From contig JBNKCR010000098.1 of NCBI GenBank assembly GCA_050287845.1, positions 224,001 to 288,000 on the forward strand: 64,000 nucleotides of DNA, read 5' to 3'. Positions 48,081-57,400 of this stretch are shown here, piece after piece. The translations under genes were made by a program, and so were the position numbers. Position 1 is the first letter of the stretch, and every line of letters starts with the position of its first letter. The notes beneath the pieces were generated by a model. The model saw nothing but the letters and a program-made list of their open reading frames with translations. It had not been told where the DNA came from and made no database searches. Origin of the DNA: Polyangia bacterium. GTDB lineage: Bacteria > Myxococcota_A > Polyangia > JAAYKL01.

Positions 48081-50531
48081 TTACCGTTTTTTTCCATTGA
48101 AATACTCAATGACACTCAGAATGCAGGGCAGAAAAAAAACAGCCGCAACAAAAGTGGAACCGATACCAATCATGGCCGTATACCCAAGGGATTTGAGCCC
48201 GAGGTTGTGGGCAACAATGGTGGTTCCAAAACCGATAGCCGTGGTGGCGCTGGCGAGGAATGCGGCAGCGCCGGTATTGCGAAGCACAAATAGAATACTT
48301 CCGGGGCCTTCCTCGCGGTAGCGGTGAAGAATATGAACGGCATTGTCGATACCAATGCCAATCACACTTGGAATGACAACCATATTGAACATATTGAAAT
48401 CAATATGAAACAATTTCAGCAGCGCCACGAATGTCAGCATTCCCACCGCAAGCGGGAGCACCAGCAATGTTACATCTCTGGCATTCTTGAAATCCAGAAT
48501 CAGCAACGCCAGTACCATAATGGATGCCAGCACCAGCATGGGGAGCCCATCGGCCTTCACCACCCGGTACACCCAGGAAATGATAAGGGTTTCGTCGGCT
48601 TTCTCATGCCTTATTCCGCTCTCATTGAGCTTTTTCGAAACCGATTCCAATCGATCCTCCCACTGAGCAGCACGGTAATCGGCATCGTGAGCGCCCGCCG
48701 ACCACACATATACGATGTATCCGGGGTTCTCCCGGTTCAGCGTGAGAAAGCGGCGTTTGAAAGTTTCGGGGAGGTCTGCCACAGTCCACGGGGCCTTTTT
48801 TACCATTTCCCGGGCATCGCGTAGTTTCTGGCCCTCTCTGGTTTGTTTCTCGGCAGCCTTGTCGAGGGTGGATGACCATAGGATTTCACTGAGTTTTTCG
48901 ATTCGACGCCGATGCGCCGGCACATCCTTTGGCAAAAGTGCGTTTACCGAAAGTACTTTATCAATTCGCGAAGACGCATGATCGCTGCGATGCTTCTCCC
49001 GGTACACTTTGAGCGTCGCTTCGATTCTGCCTGCATCCTCAATGGAATTCGCAATGAATACCGCCGGATTGAATCCGGTACCCATGTTATTGTTCACGTA
49101 ATCGAAAAATTCGGTGGCGCTGGAGTATCCCCTCAGTTCCCTGAAATCGTTTCGAAACGGAATTGTATTCAGATTGAATACTCCGTACATCGCCAGTGCC
49201 GAAAGCAGCACAATCGTGGTGGCGGACAGTGGAAAGGATATCCGCGTGCGTGCACCCTCCGCAGCGGCCTGTTTTTTTGATGACCATTTGCCTTTACCCG
49301 GTTCCGCCTTTTTCCACGTAATTCGAATGAGTGGGGGAAGGGTGACAAATGCGCTGATCAGCGTAAACATGACACCGGTGCCGGCGATGAGACCGAATTC
49401 AGAGAATCCGCGGAATTTCGCTGCGGCAAACGAGAAGAACACCCCCGCAGTGGTGAGGGCCGCGGTGAGCGCCGGCGATGCCGTTCCCTTCACAAATCGT
49501 ATAAAGGCTTCTTCTTTGCTCAGCCGGCTATCCTTCATCTCCTGGATGTATCGCATGAACAGGTGGATACCGAAATCAATACCCAGACCAATGAGCACCG
49601 CAGCCAGAAATCCGGTAATGATATTCACATGTCCCACATAAAGCCTGGCCATTGCAAAGGTCCACACGATACCCGCAAAAAGAGAGCTGACCACAATGAC
49701 CGGCGCCAATAGTTTTCTGGTGAAGCCGGCAACAATGAGGATACCGAAAATAGCGGCAAGCACCGATGCGGTGACCATGTCGCGCCTCATGACCACGTGC
49801 TGTTCGGTGAGAATCTCCAGCGCGCCGGCATACCGCACCGATACCCCATGCGCCGCAGGATCCGCATTGTTCACTGTGCGCTTGATGCTGGAAACCAGCT
49901 CTTTTGCCAGTTCCATGTCGGAGAACTTGATGGTGGGAACCAGCACAATGAACGTGTACCGGTTGTCTTTACTGTGCAGTATGCCATCAAAGGGCATCTT
50001 TCGGGCAGCATTCGAAATGTCCGATACTTTTTTCCAGGCGGCGGTCAGCTCCGCCTGTTCTTCCTCTTCATCCAGATGAAGGGCCAGCGGGTTGGCCTGG
50101 GACTTGGCAATGGATACCGCGTCCTCCACCGCCGGTATCAGCTTATCGAGGGTTTCGGTGTCTGCGAGCCACAGGGCACGTTCCTGGAAGAATTCAACGG
50201 GCAGCTCCACATCAACCGCACGAACATGATTCAGCTTTTCCAATCGTGGAGCGATTAGCTTGCCGAATGCCAGTCTTTTGTCCGGGTCTTTTCCTTTGAT
50301 GGCCACGACCAGCTGACGTGTACCACCTGTTCTTGTGCGAACGTGGTCAACATTCTGAACTTCAGGGGCGCCGACTGGCAGCAATGCTTCGTAACTCGAA
50401 TCGAACCTCAGGCCAGATGCGTATAAACCAGCGCCAATAGTGAGCAGAGCAGAGAGCCCCAAAAACAGAAGTGGATGTTTTAACTGGGCATTGGCCAGTT
50501 TTTCAGCGAATTTTTCAGTGTTCAGCAACAT
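48081..50531 (-). CDS. MMPL/RND family lipid transporter (HpnN-like)
   Basis: Two TM bundles with IGLGIDFGIH and IGIGIDNAVH, AALTT and ASATT motifs, large periplasmic loops. Confidence 0.88.
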   Translation of the reverse strand: MLLNTEKFAEKLANAQLKHPLLFLGLSALLTIGAGLYASGLRFDSSYEALLPVGAPEVQNVDHVRTRTGGTRQLVVAIKGKDPDKRLAFGKLIAPRLEKLNHVRAVDVELPVEFFQERALWLADTETLDKLIPAVEDAVSIAKSQANPLALHLDEEEEQAELTAAWKKVSDISNAARKMPFDGILHSKDNRYTFIVLVPTIKFSDMELAKELVSSIKRTVNNADPAAHGVSVRYAGALEILTEQHVVMRRDMVTASVLAAIFGILIVAGFTRKLLAPVIVVSSLFAGIVWTFAMARLYVGHVNIITGFLAAVLIGLGIDFGIHLFMRYIQEMKDSRLSKEEAFIRFVKGTASPALTAALTTAGVFFSFAAAKFRGFSEFGLIAGTGVMFTLISAFVTLPPLIRITWKKAEPGKGKWSSKKQAAAEGARTRISFPLSATTIVLLSALAMYGVFNLNTIPFRNDFRELRGYSSATEFFDYVNNNMGTGFNPAVFIANSIEDAGRIEATLKVYREKHRSDHASSRIDKVLSVNALLPKDVPAHRRRIEKLSEILWSSTLDKAAEKQTREGQKLRDAREMVKKAPWTVADLPETFKRRFLTLNRENPGYIVYVWSAGAHDADYRAAQWEDRLESVSKKLNESGIRHEKADETLIISWVYRVVKADGLPMLVLASIMVLALLILDFKNARDVTLLVLPLAVGMLTFVALLKLFHIDFNMFNMVVIPSVIGIGIDNAVHILHRYREEGPGSILFVLRNTGAAAFLASATTAIGFGTTIVAHNLGLKSLGYTAMIGIGSTFVAAVFFLPCILSVIEYFNGKKR

Positions 50532-50684
50532 AATGTTTTGCTTCCGATGTTTTTAGCGGTCTTCACGATACCATATACCGAAAAAAAAAAAGTTCGCAAA
50601 AGTGTTTTAACACTTCGTGACAGGACCGTGAGATGGTAAAGAGCCTCTCGGGGCTGAGCTGCCAGTCTATACGTATACATTAAG

Positions 50685-50700
50685 TGGCACGACCGTGGCG
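50685..50700 (+). promoter_or_regulatory. Candidate sigma54 promoter of the PKS operon
   Basis: TGGCACGACCGTGGCG (perfect -24 box, GC at -12); inverted repeat AAGTGTT-TT-AACACTT at 50600-50615. Confidence 0.5.
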
Positions 50701-50799
50701 TTTTACTGTTTGTATTTTTTTTAAGAATGTGACAGATTCACGGGCGCAAAATCGGCAGATACAGTCCGTGCCGTGGTTTTTCGACTTAAGGAAGGCAAT

Positions 50800-51486
50800 T
50801 TGAACACGCAGCGAACACAGGGCATCATCTTTGACTTGGATGGCACACTTTATCAAATGAAATTCATGAAAATTAAGATGACGGTCAGACTCCTTCGGTC
50901 CCTTGTGTTTCTTCGTCAGCTTTCTGCCGCCCGGTCGGTGGTTCGCCAGAATCGTTTTGGCGGGCGTGCTGATTTACTGGCGTCATTTTATAGCGAACTG
51001 GCTTCGCGTACCGGCAAATCAGTGCAACAGTCCCGGAACTGGTATGAAAATGATTTTTATCGGGCATTTATCCAGGTGCTTGCGCGCTGGGCCGAACCCC
51101 GTGCCGGATTGACGGATCTGCTTGGAAAGTTACGGCAGAGTGGTTTGAAGCTCGCTGTCGTGTCGGATTTCGGACGAATCATCGAGCGGCTGGAAGCGCT
51201 TCGAATCGATCCGGCGCTATTCGATATCATTAAAAGTTCAGAGGATTGCGGTGCACTGAAGCCTGCCCCGGAGTCATTTCTGTCCGTCGCGCGAATCTGG
51301 GGTTTTCCCCCTCAGGAGATTCTCGTTGTGGGAGACAGAGAGGATCGGGATGGCGAAGGAGCCCATCACGCCGGAATGCCGTTTCTGGGCATTACAGATA
51401 AACGGAACACACGTGCAGACTTCTATTCCTGGAAAGACGCTTTGATAAAACTTGAGTTAACAACGAATTGTGGAGTGAACGTATGA
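50800..51486 (+). CDS. HAD family phosphatase
   Basis: IFDLDGTL, VVSD, KP.P, VGDR...DG. Start TTG 50800 (or GTG 50773); ATGA overlap with the PKS. Confidence 0.85.
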   Translation: MNTQRTQGIIFDLDGTLYQMKFMKIKMTVRLLRSLVFLRQLSAARSVVRQNRFGGRADLLASFYSELASRTGKSVQQSRNWYENDFYRAFIQVLARWAEPRAGLTDLLGKLRQSGLKLAVVSDFGRIIERLEALRIDPALFDIIKSSEDCGALKPAPESFLSVARIWGFPPQEILVVGDREDRDGEGAHHAGMPFLGITDKRNTRADFYSWKDALIKLELTTNCGVNV

Positions 51487-54400
51487 GTCGTTACGACATC
51501 GCTGTTGTTGGTATGGGGTGTATTGTTCCCAATGCAAACAATTTACAGCAGTACTGGGAAAATATCGTCAGCGGAGATATGTATTTCAAGGATATGCCCA
51601 AATCCCTCTGGCATTTGAAAAATTTCTATTCTGAAGACAAAACCGTTCCTGAAAAATCCTATACGATAAAGGGTGCCTTCATCGATAACTTTGACTTTCC
51701 CGCGCTCAAATACAAGATGCCGCCTGCCAATCTGCGCGGTATTGATCCGGCACAGCTGATGACTGTGGTTGCGACGGAAGAAGCGCTCGAGGATGCGGGA
51801 ATTCCGTTCCGGGATGAATCTCTAACCGAAGGAATCACCATTATCGGAGCCAGTGGCGTGGATGGATTCGCCCATTCCGCAGCGTTTCTGAAACGGCATA
51901 CGTTTCTGAAATTCATGAAACCCGTGCTCGATAGCCACGGTGTAGATGAAGAGACATATCAGAAGCTGTATGAGCAGATGACCCGGGAGCTGGATGAACG
52001 GGGACACATCTGGAATTCATCGGTGGCGGCAGTGGGAGCGATTCCGTCGTCCATTTCTAACCGGGTGGCGCAGATTTTCGGATTGCGCGGCATGAATATG
52101 ACCGTTGACGGCGCCTGTGCATCGTCCTTTGTCGCCATTGATGCAGCGTGTCATGCGCTGATGGCCGGAGACGCCAATGTCGCAGTGGCCGGCGGAACGG
52201 ACCTCGGTACCAATCCGCCAATATATGTCGGTTTCAGCGCCGTCAACGGATTGAGTACCAGGGGCATTGCCAATCCGTTTGATCACAGTGCCGACGGTCT
52301 GGTTATCGGCGAAGGGACGGCCATTGTAGTGCTGAAACGCCTGGAAGACGCGTTGAAAAATGGAGACCGGATTCGCGCGGTTATCCGGGGAATCGGTTCT
52401 TCCAGCGATGGGGCTGGTCAGGCCATATATAATCCATCGGTGCAGGGAAGGGCCAGAGCGCTGGAAAATGCGTTGAAAAACGCTGAGACCGACCGAAATG
52501 AAATTCAGTTCATCGAAGCCCATGCGACCTCTACCGTAGTGGGGGACGCCAATGAATACGACGCCATTTCAACGGTGTACGGCAAACGGACCAATCCGCA
52601 GCCCATCAAGCTGGGAAGTGTGAAGCAACAGATAGGTCACCTGAAAGCGGCAGCCGGTGTGGTGGGAATGGTGAAAACTGTACTTGCGATGGACAATGGT
52701 CTGTACCCGCATATGCCCCGATTCGAAAAGTTGACCCCCTTGGCCAACCTGGTGACAGATTGTCTCGAAGTGCCAACCGAACTGACAGAGTGGACCCTAA
52801 ACCCCGATGGGAAACGGGTGGCTGCAGTGACCTCGTCCGGTTTTGGTGGGGTCAATTATCATATGATTCTGGAACAGGGAGAGTCGTACGATGTACCGCC
52901 GCCCCGTGTGGTGCCGGACAGACGTCTGGCAGTGGTGGGTATCGCCTGTCGGACCGCGGGTGCCGACAATCCCGAAACATTCTGGAACAACATCACAGAA
53001 GGCAAAGATACCTTTTCCAGGGTGACTGAACCGGAAAAATTCGGTTGGGAAAACCATTTCAACAAGGGGCCGGACAACGAAAAAATCAACACATACGTGG
53101 TTTCGGAGCTGGACGATTACGACGCCAATCTGTTGAAACACAAGATTTTTCCCAAAGCGGTTTCACAGATTTCACCAACCCAGCTGCTGGCACTCGACAC
53201 CTGCGACAGGCTTCTCGAACAGTATGGATTTGACTACAGTGAACCCAAAAACATTGGCCTCAGTTTTGGATCCATGCATGACGACTATTATCCGACCATT
53301 TTTTATCCGATGCTGCCGGATGAATATACGGACGCCATTCACTGCACGGAAGTATCGAAATCCATGGACGCCAACGTTCTCGCGGAAGCCTGTGCGGTGG
53401 CATCAGCAAAGATAAAAGAGAAGTATCCGCCAGTGACCGAACATACATTGCCCGGGTGGATGACCAACATCACCGCCGGCCGGGTTGCCAACAAACTGAA
53501 CTGCCACGGTCCGAACTTCACGGTTGACTCCGCGTGTTCCTCCGGGATGGCGGCACTGGTTCCCGCCATGTACCAGCTGATGTTTGGCAACGTGGAACTG
53601 ATGATTGCCGGTGGTCTCAATCGGCAGTTCAGCGATACGTTCACCTCCGGAGTGTGTGCTCTGGGCGCAGTGGCTCAGGAGGTCTCACGACCTTTTGATG
53701 AGGACGGCAGAGGATATCTGATTGGAGAAGGCGCAGTGCTTTTCCTGTTGAAGCGATATGCGGATGCGAAACAGAATGGCGACAATATTCAGGGAGTCAT
53801 CCATGCGGTTGGTGGTTCGTCTGAAGCCGACAGTCGGTCGATGGTGGCCCCGACGCAACAGTCTCTGGAGCGCGCCATTCGCAACGCTATCCGGCAGTCC
53901 GATATCAATCCCGAGGCGGTGGGGGTGTCTGAAACCCATGGCTCGGCCAACCGACTCTCAGATATTGTTGAAGCCAGTGCCCTGGCGGCGGGCCTCCGGC
54001 CCAACGGCCCCACTGGGATGCCAGTGAAGATCACCGCGATAAAATCTCATGTGGGACATCTGTATGGGGGCAGTGCACCGGCGTCGATTCTCAGCACGCT
54101 TCTGTCACTGCGGCACCGGGTGGTTCCCGGCATCCGAAATCTGAAAACAATACGAAAAGAGATTGCGCCCATGGCCGATCTCGTAACACCCGTGAAACAG
54201 ACCGAGGCTCTTTCCGACGCGTGCGTGGCGGGTGCGGTGAGCACCCTGGGGTTAGGCGGAGCCAATTATTTTACATTATTGACCGGAGGCGACATGGACG
54301 CACAGACTAAAAAGACAACAACGACAAACCCGGGCGGCGTAAGTGCGAGACGCCCAATGACCCGTGCCACAGATCAGGGCGTTGATGACATTTTTATCTG

Positions 54401-57400
54401 TCTGGCGGAATCCCGTTCGGATTTCAGAGGGGCGGTCAGTCGCGCGCTTCAGCAGGACGCCATTCCCCATGTGATTTCCGAAGGGGCTGAGGTGAACGAA
54501 CGGATGACTGTCACCTTTGATTCAGAGAATACGCTGAAGAACAAGCTCAACAGCGTGCTTAAAATGCTGGACAGCGGCCATTCTCTGACGCCGCTGGAAT
54601 CTCAGGGGGTGTTTGTCTCCAGCGTGAAGGAGAACGAAAGCCGGCTCGCATTCTGTTTGCCGGGGCAGGGCGTGCACTACATTTCGATGGGTCGGTTCCT
54701 GTACGACACGGAGCCAGTTTTCCGTGAGGTGGTGGATGATGTGCACGAAGCGGCCATGGCGGAGTTCTCGTTTGACCTGCTGGGTCACATCTATGGCGAC
54801 GAAGACGATGCACAGATCAAAAAAAATCTGGGCACCCTGGTGGGGGCGCAGACCTCGCTGTATGCCATCGAAGTGGCGTTGGCCAGACTGCTCATTTCAC
54901 GCGGCATTGTGCCGGATGTGATGATTGGTCACAGCTTCGGTGAAATTTCGGCATTGACCATTGCAGGCGCATGGACCGTGGCAGATGGGTACAAAGCGGT
55001 GGTTGGTCGAATCAAGGCAGCTGAAATTGTTCGGGACGCAGGCGGTCCAGCCCTGGGAATGGCCAGCGTGGTGTGCTCTGACGACCAGATTGCCGCGTTG
55101 CTCAAGGTGGGTGGTGAGAATGTATTGCTGACCAATGTCAATGCGCCGGGTCGGTTTATTCTGGGTGGGGTGAAGGAAGATGTGAAACGCTGCGTCGAGC
55201 TGGCGGAATCGTTTGGTGTCGATGCCCAGCTCCTTCCCATTGGCAGCGCGTTCCATTCAAAGTATATGGAGCCGGCCAGGGAGCCATTTAAGAAGTGGTT
55301 GAAAAAAATTCCATGCAGCACGCCGACCATTCCGATTCTTTCAACGGTCACCGGTGAGTATATCGATGTCGAAAAATGCAATGCGGAGTATCTGGCCACC
55401 CATCTGTCGAATCAGCTGATTACCAAATTGGATTTGCCAAGAGAAATCAACCGTCTGTACAGCGAGGGGGTGAAGCATTATCTGGAAGTGGGCCCCCGAT
55501 GGGCCATGACCAGAATGGTCGACGCCATCCTGGCGGGCAGAGAGTATCGCGCGGTGCCCACCCTGCATCCCAAAGTGGGGGATGTGGAGATGTACCGCCG
55601 GGCCAGGGCGTTCCTCATTGCGACCGGTCATATGGTGTCCGCTGCGGAGCGCGCCGATGTCCCCGGGATGTTCTCCCCGGATTTCCTCGAGTATATGCAG
55701 CAGAATGAGCCCGCCGTACTGGCATTGCTAGAAGAGGTGTACAACCGCTACCACAACAGTCTGGGAGCCGGAGGTGTTGTGAAAGCAGCGCCGTCTGCGC
55801 CATCCCGGAAAGCGGCGCTGAAGGTTGTGGCGCCGGTGGCGGACAATGCGGCTCCTGTATCAGCGCCCCAGTCAGCTTCTGAACAGGTACAGGTGGCAGC
55901 TGCATTTTCGAATTCGGTTTCTGTTGGCGCAAGCGCCGATTTGAACACCTGGAAGACCCGTCTGCGGGAAAAACTGGTGGTAACCACCGGGTATCCGGCG
56001 GAAATGCTCGAAGACGATTTGGATCTGGAAGCCGACCTGGGGGTGGATTCGGTGCAGCGGGCGGAGATATGGGTATCGCTGACTACGGAATACGGACTGA
56101 GTCAGGATGTTCGTCCCGAAGGTGCCCGGACTATTTCCAACCTGGGACAGACCCTCGCAAAAATGGATGTGGACGCCCACGGCAGTGCGGCTGCTGTGGT
56201 TGCCCCGGCGCCAGCACCTGCTGTTTCAGAAGTGGTCAATGCGCCAGCTTCCCCGGTTGCTTCATCCGGTACCAGCGCTGATTTGAATACCTGGAAGACC
56301 CGTCTGCGGGAAAAACTGGTGGTAACCACCGGGTATCCGGCGGAAATGCTCGAAGACGATTTGGATCTGGAAGCCGACCTGGGGGTGGATTCGGTGCAGC
56401 GGGCAGAAATATGGGTATCGCTGGTGACGGAATACGGGCTGAACCAGGATGTTCGCCCCGAAGGCGCCCGGACAATCTCCAACCTGGGACAGACCCTTGC
56501 AAAAATGGATTTGGATTCCCACGGTGGTGTAGTCGCTGCGGTATCGTCGGCCCCCGTCGCTGGGGTGGCCACAACTCCGGCGGTAAGCGAAGCGGCGCCG
56601 GTCCCTGCATCTGCTTCGCCATCCGGAGCCGTGGCGGGCGGCAATGTGGAATCGTGGAAAAGCCGCCTGCGGGAGAAACTGGTGGTGACCACCGGATATC
56701 CGGCGGAGATGCTTGAAGATGATTTGGATTTGGAAGCCGACTTGGGGGTGGATTCTGTACAACGGGCGGAAATCTGGGTTTCTCTGGTGACTGAACATGG
56801 CTTGAATCAGGATGTGCGTCCGGAAGGTGCGAGAACTATTTCGAATCTGGCGGCAACCCTTACTCAGATGGAGGCCGACGCCCACGGTGGTGGCCGGGCA
56901 TCAGCTGGTTCGTCTGAACCCGTTGGGGAAACAGTGCCCGTCGCATCTCCGACGCCGGCCGTAGCGCCCGTCGCGCCATCCGCCGGTACAGGCGCAGGCG
57001 ATGTGGAATCGTGGAAGACCCGGTTGCGGGAGAAACTGGTGGTGACAACCGGGTACCCTGCGGAAATGCTGGAAGACGACCTGGATTTGGAGGCGGACCT
57101 GGGGGTGGATTCTGTACAACGGGCGGAAATCTGGGTGTCGCTGGTGACTGAGCACGCTCTGAGTCAGGATGTGCGCCCGGAAGGTGCGAGAACTATCTCG
57201 AATCTGGCAATAACTCTCGCTCAGATGGACGCCGACAAGGGGGGGGCGGCCGGAAAAAAAACTGAAGCGGAAGTGCCCATAGCTGGTGCTTCCGCTGTCA
57301 ACGAAAAATATGAACTGCCTGGCGTTGCGGCACCGGATGATGCGGATGCCTGTCATCTGTATGCCTCCGGGACCCAGTTTCTGGACAACACCAGGATGAC

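Noticed and set aside
55938..57235. Regularly spaced repeats as a possible CRISPR array or mobile repeat
   Set aside because: Units are about 230 bp, in frame, and encode ACP domains. No cas genes are present.
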